DNA of 43,636 nt, from the NCBI GenBank assembly GCA_964583995.1, contig CAZOYH010000001.1, forward strand, positions 1-43,636. Direction: 5' to 3'. The DNA comes from an uncultured Methanobrevibacter sp. (GTDB taxonomy: Archaea; Methanobacteriota; Methanobacteria; Methanobacteriales; Methanobacteriaceae). Below, piece by piece: positions 1 through 8,730 of this stretch. The translations under genes were made by a program, and so were the position numbers. Within the stretch, counting starts at the first letter, position 1. Each line of letters begins with the position of its first letter. The notes under the pieces were generated by a model. It was not told the origin of the DNA. It made no database searches and saw only the letters and a program-made list of their open reading frames with translations.

Positions 1-129
1 GTCGAAATTTCAGAACCTGCTACTATTACTGCTGTTATCACTAAAGAATCTGCAGAAAAATTAGGTTTATGTGAAGGTGATGATGTAAGTGCAATCATCA
101 AATCAACTGAAGTAATTATTGGAAAATAG
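1..129 (+). CDS. mop: Mop/TOBE molybdate-binding protein, 3' part (truncated by window edge)
   Basis: Frame 1 reads VEISEPATITAVITKESAEKLGLCEGDDVSAIIKSTEVIIGK*, nearly identical to the two downstream 68-aa ORFs; not in the ORF track. Confidence 0.9.
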   Translation, partial: VEISEPATITAVITKESAEKLGLCEGDDVSAIIKSTEVIIGK

Positions 130-156
130 ATCAAAAATATTTAAGGAGATTATAAA

Positions 157-363
157 ATGAAACTTAGTGCAAGAAATCAATTAAATGGTAAAGTTACTGG
201 TGTTGAATTAGGTGCTGTAATGGCTAACATTAAAATCGAAATTTCTGAACCTAATGTTATTACTGCTGTTATTACTAAAGAATCTGCAGAAAAATTAGGT
301 TTAGCTGAAGGTGATGATGTAGCAGCTATCATCAAATCAACTGAAGTTATTATAGGTAAATAG
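157..363 (+). CDS. mop: Mop/TOBE molybdate-binding protein (molbindin)
   Basis: 68 aa; N-terminal SARNQL.G motif and IT.ES...LGL..GD.V.A.IKS; AAGGAG RBS upstream. Confidence 0.93.
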   Translation: MKLSARNQLNGKVTGVELGAVMANIKIEISEPNVITAVITKESAEKLGLAEGDDVAAIIKSTEVIIGK

Positions 364-392
364 ACTTAAAAAATCTTTAAGGAGGATCTTAT

Positions 393-599
393 ATGGAATA
401 TAGTGCAAGAAATCAATTAAAAGGTAAAATTACTGGTGTTGAATTAGGTGCTGTAATGGCTAACATTAAAATCGAAATCACTGAACCTAACACAATCACT
501 GCAGTTATCACAAAAGAGTCAGCTGAAAAATTAGGTTTAGCTGAAGGCGATGACGTAACAGCTTTAATCAAATCAACTGAAGTAATTATTGGAAAATAG
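393..599 (+). CDS. mop: Mop/TOBE molybdate-binding protein (molbindin)
   Basis: 68-aa paralog with SARNQLKG motif; AGGAGG RBS upstream. Confidence 0.93.
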   Translation: MEYSARNQLKGKITGVELGAVMANIKIEITEPNTITAVITKESAEKLGLAEGDDVTALIKSTEVIIGK

Positions 600-613
600 G
601 TTTAGGATAGGGA

Positions 614-751
614 TTACAATCCCCAAATTCCTAACAATAACAAAATAGCAAATATAACTACTGCAACTTTCAAAATTGTTTTTAGATTTTTAATTATCGC
701 ATAGACGATAATAAATAATAGAATTAGTTTAATGATAAAGAGGATTTCCAA
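614..751 (-). CDS. Small hydrophobic membrane protein, 45 aa (MEILFIIKLILLFIIVYAIIKNLKTILKVAVVIFAILLLLGIWGL)
   Basis: Read by hand: TTG start at 751, 7 nt after GGAGG formed by the last codons of moaE; two hydrophobic segments; fills the gap between moaE and mop; below the ORF-track cutoff. Confidence 0.6.
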   Translation of the reverse strand: MEILFIIKLILLFIIVYAIIKNLKTILKVAVVIFAILLLLGIWGL

Positions 752-754
752 AAG

Positions 755-1192
755 CTAACCTCCTGCAAGGATGGTTTTTGTTCCCTCTTTGGAAATTTCT
801 TCTTTTTTAAACTCAACATCATATTTTACAGTTTCAATAACTTCTTTTAAGGCTTCAAGAGTTTCTCCTCTGTGAGCTCCTAAAACTGCAACCAAAAATA
901 ACATGTCACCAGTATAAAACTCACCGATGTAGTGAATAACTGATATTTCATGAACGTTATATTTTATTTTAGCGTTTTCAACTATTTTTTCAATTTCACT
1001 TTGAGTCTTTTCCTTATCTGGTGTGGTTAAGATTAACTTTTCCAGATTCATGTTTTCTTCTTTTCCACGTACTATTCCTTCAAAAGTGAAAATTGCACCT
1101 GAATAATCTATTTTTGTACTTTTCTTTAAATCAGCAATTAAATCTGCTGTGGTTACTTTGTCTTCTTTTGCTTCTATAACTCTTACGACCAT
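755..1192 (-). CDS. moaE: Molybdopterin synthase catalytic subunit
   Basis: GAIFTFEGIVR, vaVlgaHRgE and FKKE motifs of MoaE; next to mop genes. Confidence 0.9.
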   Translation of the reverse strand: MVVRVIEAKEDKVTTADLIADLKKSTKIDYSGAIFTFEGIVRGKEENMNLEKLILTTPDKEKTQSEIEKIVENAKIKYNVHEISVIHYIGEFYTGDMLFLVAVLGAHRGETLEALKEVIETVKYDVEFKKEEISKEGTKTILAGG

Positions 1193-1243
1193 ATTATTAT
1201 CTCCAGTATGTAAATATGATTAAATCAGTATAAATAACTATTG

Positions 1244-2492
<1,249 letters not shown>

Positions 2493-2592
2493 AAGTTGAC
2501 CTATTAAATTAATTTATACTTAAATATCTAACTAAAGTTATATTAAAGACTTTTTACTAAATTATTAATAATTAAATTATGGAGTTTGCATA

Positions 2593-3243
2593 ATGGAAAA
2601 TAAAAATATTATTATAATCGCAGTGGCAGTAATAGCAATAATTGCAGTTGTTGGTGTTATTTTCACTACTGGAATATTTAATCAGACCACCGGCGTAACT
2701 ACTCCATTTGAAACAGAATTCATGGAAGGCAGTTTTGTTGGTGATGTTAAATTAGTAAATGACGATGAAAAATTCATGCATTCCTATGAAGATAAGGAAC
2801 ATAAAGTAACTTATAACATTTCAACTGTAGACAACTCTTCAGCATTAATGGAAATATACGAACTTCAGGGAGTATCAAACCCAGAAGAGAGATCTTTTAA
2901 TGGAAATGACTGGAACATCTACTTCACTCAGGCTGTTTCAGACAATGCAAGTGATGATGAAAAGCCAATGACAATCATAATGTGTGAATCTCAAGGCGAA
3001 AAACAGGGTTATCTTGTTTACATGATTATTGATGCGGATTCAGACATTAACGTTACACTGAACACATTCGGCCAGTCATATACAGACTATCTGGAACCTT
3101 TGCTTAAAAGCATTACCTTAAAGGAAAGCAAAAACGTTCCTGCGATAAATGAGGAGTTCGGCTTAACAGAAGATGAATTTGCTCAACAAATGGAACTTGT
3201 ACATCAATATAAAGCCGGAAACACTTCAGCTCTGGAAGGTTAA
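2593..3243 (+). CDS. Hypothetical membrane-anchored extracellular protein
   Basis: N-terminal TM helix followed by an acidic soluble domain; GGAG RBS; stop abuts tsr3 start (TAAATG). Confidence 0.75.
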   Translation: MENKNIIIIAVAVIAIIAVVGVIFTTGIFNQTTGVTTPFETEFMEGSFVGDVKLVNDDEKFMHSYEDKEHKVTYNISTVDNSSALMEIYELQGVSNPEERSFNGNDWNIYFTQAVSDNASDDEKPMTIIMCESQGEKQGYLVYMIIDADSDINVTLNTFGQSYTDYLEPLLKSITLKESKNVPAINEEFGLTEDEFAQQMELVHQYKAGNTSALEG

Positions 3244-3777
3244 ATGATGAAAATTACAGTTTTCCATGCAGATGAATGCGACAGAAAAAAGTGCACCTCC
3301 ATTAAAATGGAAAAGCAGGGAAAATGCAGATTAGTTTACAATATAAACAAAATCCCTTCAGGTGCAATAGTTCTAAATCCGTATGCTGAGAAAGCTGTAT
3401 CATATGAAGACTACAGATATGTGCAAAGGAGAGGAGTTGTAGGGCTTGACTGTTCATGGAATGAAGTTACAAGCTCTAAAAAATTCTTTTCCCTATCAAA
3501 ATACCACAGGTCACTTCCATTTTTAATAGCCACAAATCCTGTTAATTATGGAAAACCATGTATTTTGTCAACTGTTGAAGCGATATCTGCAACACTCTAC
3601 ATTACTCGCTTTAAGGATGAAGCACGTAAGTTGATGGATGGTTTTAAATGGGGACATACCTTTTTGGAACTTAATCATGATTTGCTTGAGGCCTACAGTG
3701 AAGTGGATACAAGCTCAGAGGTTGTTGAAGTTCAAAATGCTTTTTTAGCTGAAAAAGGGATTAATTCAGAAAGCTAA
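3244..3777 (+). CDS. tsr3: 16S rRNA aminocarboxypropyltransferase (DUF367)
   Basis: ECDRKKCTS, LDCSW, RSLPFLIATNPVNYGKP, LSTVEA, FKWGHTF motifs. Confidence 0.93.
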   Translation: MMKITVFHADECDRKKCTSIKMEKQGKCRLVYNINKIPSGAIVLNPYAEKAVSYEDYRYVQRRGVVGLDCSWNEVTSSKKFFSLSKYHRSLPFLIATNPVNYGKPCILSTVEAISATLYITRFKDEARKLMDGFKWGHTFLELNHDLLEAYSEVDTSSEVVEVQNAFLAEKGINSES

Positions 3778-3851
3778 TTTCTCTATTTTTTTTAGATATA
3801 TATTTTTAATTTGTTAAAATATTTAATATAATCAAGATTAAATTTAAAATA

Positions 3852-3920
3852 AATAATCCTATTATGATATTTTTATATTCAACATCTTTAGATTGATATA
3901 TGAAAATTATTAGGATTATT
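3852..3920. repeat. Long imperfect inverted repeat (hairpin-forming)
   Basis: AATAATCCTA (3852-3861) / TAGGATTATT (3911-3920) enclosing further pairings TTTTATAT/ATATGAAAA, TCAA/TTGA, ATCT/AGAT. Confidence 0.55.
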
Positions 3921-3996
3921 GTTATGATTAAATTAAGAATTGATGCCCATATCATTTTTATCAACACCAGTTAGTTATGGGAAGGTTTATATGATG

Positions 3997-4036
3997 AAAA
4001 AAAGAAAGAAGTATTATGGGATTAATAACCCCATAA
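3997..4036 (-). terminator. Hairpin plus pyrimidine tract after the 31-aa peptide ORF
   Basis: TTATGGG (4014-4020) / CCCATAA (4030-4036); on the minus strand followed by TACTTCTTTCTTTTTTT. Confidence 0.5.
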
Positions 4037-4117
4037 CACTTTCAATATTAATTGCAATGTTGAAATTATTATTTGTATAATTCCAAGTGCAATTAATATT
4101 TTTTCGCTTTTTTTCAT
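4022..4117 (-). CDS. Small hydrophobic peptide, 31 aa (MKKSEKILIALGIIQIIISTLQLILKVLWGY); candidate type I toxin-like membrane peptide
   Basis: ATG at 4117 preceded by GGAGG at 7-nt spacing; single TM-length hydrophobic stretch; TATA-like TTTATAT upstream (about 4181-4187, minus strand); terminator-like structure at the 3' end. Confidence 0.6.
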   Translation of the reverse strand: MKKSEKILIALGIIQIIISTLQLILKVLWGY

Positions 4118-4154
4118 TATGGAACCTCCATAATCGAGCTACTAGACATAGCTC
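4116..4154 (-). promoter_or_regulatory. Two 5'-leader hairpins, one occluding the RBS and start codon of the peptide ORF
   Basis: ATTATGGA (4116-4123) / TCCATAAT (4127-4134) spans GGAGG and the AT of ATG; GAGCTA (4136-4141) / TAGCTC (4149-4154). Confidence 0.55.
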
Positions 4155-4372
4155 TAATGGTTAATTCTATTTTCAATGTCATATAAATGTTGTTATTTTC
4201 ATTAAGACGCATATTTTTTATATTAGTTGTATTGGATGTGTAATATTGAGTTTAGCATGAAATATTGCTTTCAGTTGGAAAAATTGCTCTCATTTCAAAG
4301 GAGCATAAATATAAGTTAATTATAAATAATGTAATATAATAGATATAATTAATTAAAAATGAGTATGTTAGT

Positions 4373-4555
4373 ATGATTAATAATTCAAAAACTGCTGAAT
4401 ATAATTGCCGAAAACATATAACTGATCCTGAAGCAATTAGGCTTCTTAGGGAATTTGAAAAAAGTCCATACACTCCAACAGCAAAAGAAATGATGTTTAA
4501 TTTTTACCAAAAAATGGGTATGGATGTTGAGTGGGATGAAATTTTTGCAGATTAA
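4373..4555 (+). CDS. Small hypothetical protein, 60 aa
   Basis: Protein-like composition in an AT-rich gap; TTTATA-like upstream region; followed by a short hairpin (GGGAGTT/AACTTCC) and T tract. Confidence 0.55.
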   Translation: MINNSKTAEYNCRKHITDPEAIRLLREFEKSPYTPTAKEMMFNFYQKMGMDVEWDEIFAD

Positions 4556-4660
4556 GGGAGTTTAACTTCCTATTTAATTTTTTCTTTTTAGAAACAATTT
4601 TAATGTTTTAACTCCATATAAAATATTATAAAAGATTATATAATTTGTTTTGGTGTATAT

Positions 4661-5449
4661 ATGGCAAAAAAGAAGTCGCAAGTTGATGAAAATCTTTGTG
4701 TTTCCTGCTGATGCTGCATTAAGGTTTGTCCAAAGGATGCTATTGAAGTTAAAAACGGAATGTATGCAATCATAGATGAGAATCTATGTATTGGATGTGG
4801 TAAATGTGTTACAGAATGTCCGTCATCGATTATTGAAGGTGAATATTCCAAAAAGGACAATAAGGTCAGATTCAAGAAATGGTATGATTATCTTTGGATA
4901 TTTTCAATCGTATATTTCACTTTAGGATTTTTTAACATTATATTTGCTTGGCTTGGAATGATTTGCTTTATTGTTCCATTGTTGTTTGCAATATTTAAAG
5001 GAAACAAGGCATTTTGCAACCGTTATTGTGATAGAGGTCAGCTTTTAGGATTACTCGGTGGACGTTTAGGTCTATCAAGAAAGAGGGATGTTCCAAAATG
5101 GATGTATTCAAAGGCATTTAGATATGGATTTTTGGTGTTTTTCTTTGCAATGTTTTTTGTGATGCTGTGGAATACTTATCTTGTATTTGCAGGAGCAAAA
5201 AATCTTACGCAGGCTGTTACACTATTGTGGACGATTAATGTTCCGTGGGCATGGGCTTATCATGGAAATGTAATTGCTCCATGGGTTTCACAGTATGCAT
5301 TCGGTTTTTACAGCGTAATGCTTACCTCAACCATATTGGGATTATTAACAATGCTTTTGTTCAAACCAAGGTCATGGTGCGTGTACTGTCCGATGGGAAC
5401 AATGACACAGGCAATATGCAAAGTTGAAAATAGAATTAAAAATAGGTGA
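4661..5449 (+). pseudogene. 2x[4Fe-4S] ferredoxin fused to a NapH/Fer4_5-type membrane Fe-S protein, interrupted by an in-frame TGA at 4709-4711
   Basis: From ATG 4661: MAKKKSQVDENLCVSC*CCIKVCP then CIGCGKCVTECP, followed by TM helices with FCNRYC and WCVYCPMG motifs; the ORF track only shows 4760-5449. Confidence 0.75.
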
Positions 5450-5453
5450 TATT

Positions 5454-5729
5454 ATGAATGATTTTGAAAATCAGAAATTCTGCCAATCATGTGCAATGCC
5501 ACTTTCAAGTGATGACGTGTATGGAACAAATGAAGATGGGTCTAAAAATGAAGATTACTGCATCTACTGTTTTGAGGATGGAAAATTTACTTCAGACATG
5601 TCAATGGATGAAATGATGAATTTCTGCATTGAAAAGATGGTTGAAGTCCACCCTGAAATGGATAAGGCACAGGCCACTTCCATGATGAGGGAAGTATTTC
5701 CCAAATTGAAAAGATGGTCTTCTGATTAA
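5454..5729 (+). CDS. Putative zinc-ribbon domain protein (Zn_ribbon_2-like)
   Basis: FCQSCAMPL...GTNEDGSKNEDYCIYCF..G.FT...FPKLKRW; ATG 5454 follows a GGTGAT RBS. Confidence 0.85.
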   Translation: MNDFENQKFCQSCAMPLSSDDVYGTNEDGSKNEDYCIYCFEDGKFTSDMSMDEMMNFCIEKMVEVHPEMDKAQATSMMREVFPKLKRWSSD

Positions 5730-5843
5730 TTATTTTCTATTTTTCTACTTTTTTTAATTTTTAAATTACTTTTTGTCAAATTATATAAGTGTTGTTTTAA
5801 AGACTATTAATTATATATAATTCAAGTTTTGAGTTGTTTTAAT

Positions 5844-6005
5844 ATGAAGTTTAAAAAAATAGTGCTAGTGACGTTAATATTACTGGCTATTTTAACAGTG
5901 GAGACTGTTAGTGCAACGCAGGATATGGATTTAAATGACACACTAGCAGTTGATGAAACTGGGGAGCAGTTGAAGTTTCTCCAGATAATGATTTTTTATA
6001 GTTAA
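5844..6005 (+). pseudogene. Remnant of an adhesin-like protein (signal peptide only, 53 codons)
   Basis: MKFKKIVLVTLILLAILTVETVSATQDMDLNDTLAVDETGEQLKFLQIMIFYS*: same type of signal peptide and acidic start as the adhesin at 36698, then an early stop. Confidence 0.6.
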
Positions 6006-6067
6006 ACATAAAGAAATTAGAAAGTTTTACTTTTTAATTTCATCTTTTTTATTATTTGGGTGTAAAT

Positions 6068-8329
6068 ATGGACGGAAACAATTTAAGAAAATATATTGAT
6101 GAATTTTTTGATGAACTGGTATTATATGATGATTACTATAATGGCCATTATTATAAGATGCTTTTAAAAGCAGGAATTGACGTTTTTTTAGACAATGAAA
6201 ACTCATACAATGCCTATGAGATTTACAGAACATTTTTCATGATTTATCAGATTACCTCAGAGGATAAATCCGAAGAGTCAAAAAATAGTGAGATAACAAT
6301 AGTAAAGGAACAGAACACATTGCTTGACCTTGTTAAAATAATGAAAAAATATGAGGACAATACAGGTGATTTGATTGAAAAGCAAAGAGACCATTTTATC
6401 CACTCAGTAAACGTTTTCCTTTTAGGACTGGCAATTTACTCTCAAAACAAAACATACAGGGAGAAATTCCAGCAATATATCATTAAAAGTCCATATGAAA
6501 AATACTATAAGATTGACGGTGAATTTTCCCATGAGGAGTTCCTTTATCGCTGGGGTATTGCAGCGCTTTTCCATGATATCGGATATCCGGTTGAAATCAT
6601 TGGAAAACAGTTAAAGAAATTCATCAACGATGGTGTAAAATCCATATCAAACAGTTATGCGGCGGATACTGCAATCGACTTTAAGGACTTTGATGAGTTC
6701 AACACAATCGTAAAGATGGATCCGAACTTCGCCGATTCCTTCACCGCTCAGTATCCGAAAGCCAAATTCTTAAATCTATTCAAGCCTACTGACATTATGG
6801 CTCATAAAATTACAACTGACTTTAAAAACGTTGACATCAATAAGCTGATAAAGCATTTGAACTCATTTGTAGATATAATGGGTGACAGCGGTTTTATAGA
6901 CCATGGATTTTTCTCATCAATTCTGGTTTTAAACTCATATGGTCATCTGATGCAGAAACATGCAAAAAACCAGGATTTCTTTTTCTATCCTATAGTGGAC
7001 AGTGCAACTGCAATTTTATTACATAATTATTACAGAAATGTCCTTCAAAAACCACCATTTGCCTTAAAGGCACTTCATCCTTCTCAGTCACCACTGTCAT
7101 TCCTTTTGATTTTATGTGATGAGCTTCAGGAATGGAACAGAAAGCCGATTGGAGTTAAAGACAAAAAAAGAAGCCATGTCAACGATTTGTTTATCAACAT
7201 TGATGACAGGGGAATGGATGTTGAATACATTGTCAAAAACGGTTCAATCGGTCTTGGATTTTCCGAAGACAAGGAGGAATTCCTTAAAAATGTACTGTCA
7301 ATTAGAAGCATATTCAAACTGGGATTGAGAATCACCACTGATGTTGAACAGGACAATATTTTAAAGGAAATTGTCAGAAATGAAACCGAAGCTCCTGACA
7401 TTCTTCTTAGAAATGTTGAAAACCTTGCAGTTCAAATCCACAACCAGTATGTGGAAACCACCAAAAAGCAGTATGAGGAAAAAATTGCCAATGGCGAGGA
7501 ACCTGATGAGGATTTCATGAAAAAATACAATAATCTGCCTACATTTGAGGAGCTGACTCCTCAGCTTAAGATAGCCAACATCAGACAGGCAAGATCCATT
7601 CCAATCAAATTAAACATTATCGGATGTGAACTGGCACCGAAATCAGATGAAAGGGAAGCTATTTTGGAGTTTTCCGATGATGAAGTGTTGGATTTGGCCA
7701 TCTTTGAACATGATGAATGGTGTGAGGAAAAAATAGGAACCGGTTGGGTTTACGGTGAAGAAAAAGACATTGAAAATCTTGTAACTCCATACCTTGTTCC
7801 GTGGGATGATTTAACAGATGACATCAAAGAGTATGATGTCGATCCAGTTAAAAACATACCTCACCTTATGGATTCACTTGGTCTGAAAATAGTTAGAACA
7901 AAAATAAGGCTTTTAACATTTGAAATGCATAACTTTTACTCAAAATACAATGAAAATGCAGGTCATTTTGATGACTTGCCTGATTATATTAAATATTCAA
8001 ACTACAAACAGACTGACTTTTTGGTTAAGATACTGTCTGAACTTGGTTATGACGTGGTTGACGCTACAAGTCCGGGTGAGGCAATACTTGCATTTGATGA
8101 GGATTCAATTGATTATCTGGCTCAAAGGGAACACAGCGCATGGTGTAAAATCAGGTTTAATTTAGGCTGGAAATATGATTCAGTTAAAGATTATGAGGCA
8201 AAAACCAATCCTAATCTTGTAGACTGGGATGATTTGGATTATGAAACCCGTGAAGCCAATAAGCGTACTTTTGTAAATCTTCCGAAATTGTGTGAAAATG
8301 TCGGTTTGAAAATTGTCAAAAGCGACTGA
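6068..8329 (+). CDS. HD-superfamily phosphohydrolase fused to tandem RyR-domain repeats
   Basis: RDHFIHS, ALFHDIGYP, DHGFFSS, AILLHN, LCDELQEW (HD fold); C-terminal LA..EH..W...K...GW.Y...KD......P.LV.WDDL repeats (RyR domain) twice, each preceded by a degenerate copy; ATG at 6068 preferred over TTG at 6056. Confidence 0.85.
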   Translation: MDGNNLRKYIDEFFDELVLYDDYYNGHYYKMLLKAGIDVFLDNENSYNAYEIYRTFFMIYQITSEDKSEESKNSEITIVKEQNTLLDLVKIMKKYEDNTGDLIEKQRDHFIHSVNVFLLGLAIYSQNKTYREKFQQYIIKSPYEKYYKIDGEFSHEEFLYRWGIAALFHDIGYPVEIIGKQLKKFINDGVKSISNSYAADTAIDFKDFDEFNTIVKMDPNFADSFTAQYPKAKFLNLFKPTDIMAHKITTDFKNVDINKLIKHLNSFVDIMGDSGFIDHGFFSSILVLNSYGHLMQKHAKNQDFFFYPIVDSATAILLHNYYRNVLQKPPFALKALHPSQSPLSFLLILCDELQEWNRKPIGVKDKKRSHVNDLFINIDDRGMDVEYIVKNGSIGLGFSEDKEEFLKNVLSIRSIFKLGLRITTDVEQDNILKEIVRNETEAPDILLRNVENLAVQIHNQYVETTKKQYEEKIANGEEPDEDFMKKYNNLPTFEELTPQLKIANIRQARSIPIKLNIIGCELAPKSDEREAILEFSDDEVLDLAIFEHDEWCEEKIGTGWVYGEEKDIENLVTPYLVPWDDLTDDIKEYDVDPVKNIPHLMDSLGLKIVRTKIRLLTFEMHNFYSKYNENAGHFDDLPDYIKYSNYKQTDFLVKILSELGYDVVDATSPGEAILAFDEDSIDYLAQREHSAWCKIRFNLGWKYDSVKDYEAKTNPNLVDWDDLDYETREANKRTFVNLPKLCENVGLKIVKSD

Positions 8330-8341
8330 TAATATTTTTTC

Positions 8342-8367
8342 CATGATTTTTTCTTTTAAAAATCATG
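8342..8367 (+). terminator. Inverted repeat and T tracts after the HD-RyR gene
   Basis: CATGATTTTT (8342-8351) / AAAAATCATG (8358-8367). Confidence 0.5.
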
Positions 8368-8517
8368 AAAATTTATTATTTTCACCGATTTTAACTAAAC
8401 ATTTAAATACTATTAAATTAAAATAATTAATTAATAGTTATGAAGACTGAAATATTGTTTTTAATTTCATAACACTTTATTATTATTTGATTTTCACGAT
8501 TATAGGAGGAGTTATTA

Positions 8518-8664
8518 ATGGCAAGATTTGAAGAAGCAGAAAACAGAATGTTCAATGTAAAAATCTGCTTAAAATGTAATGCTCGTAACCCTGCTGGTGC
8601 TACTACCTGTAGAAAATGCGGTTACAAAGGTTTAAGATTCAAAGCAAAAGAAGCAAGAGGATAA
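8518..8664 (+). CDS. rpl40e: 50S ribosomal protein L40e
   Basis: [48 protein letters not shown], 48 aa zinc finger; AGGAGG RBS; missed by the ORF track. Confidence 0.96.
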   Translation: MARFEEAENRMFNVKICLKCNARNPAGATTCRKCGYKGLRFKAKEARG

Positions 8665-8730
8665 ATTAATTCTCTTAACTTTTTTTATCTATTTTTTATT
8701 TTTATTTAAATACTATTTTTTGGTGATTAT

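Noticed and set aside
755-770. MoaE ending in Gly-Gly as a ubiquitin-like/MoaD C-terminus
   Set aside because: No beta-grasp domain is fused; the GGA GGT codons are explained as the RBS of the next small ORF
4252-4473. 73-aa minus-strand ORF
   Set aside because: Low-complexity AT-driven composition, overlaps the more plausible plus-strand 60-aa ORF, no RBS
4709-4711. TGA among cysteines read as selenocysteine
   Set aside because: It occupies the Gly slot of CxxCGxC, all four cluster Cys are present as TGY codons, and no SECIS-like element was recognised
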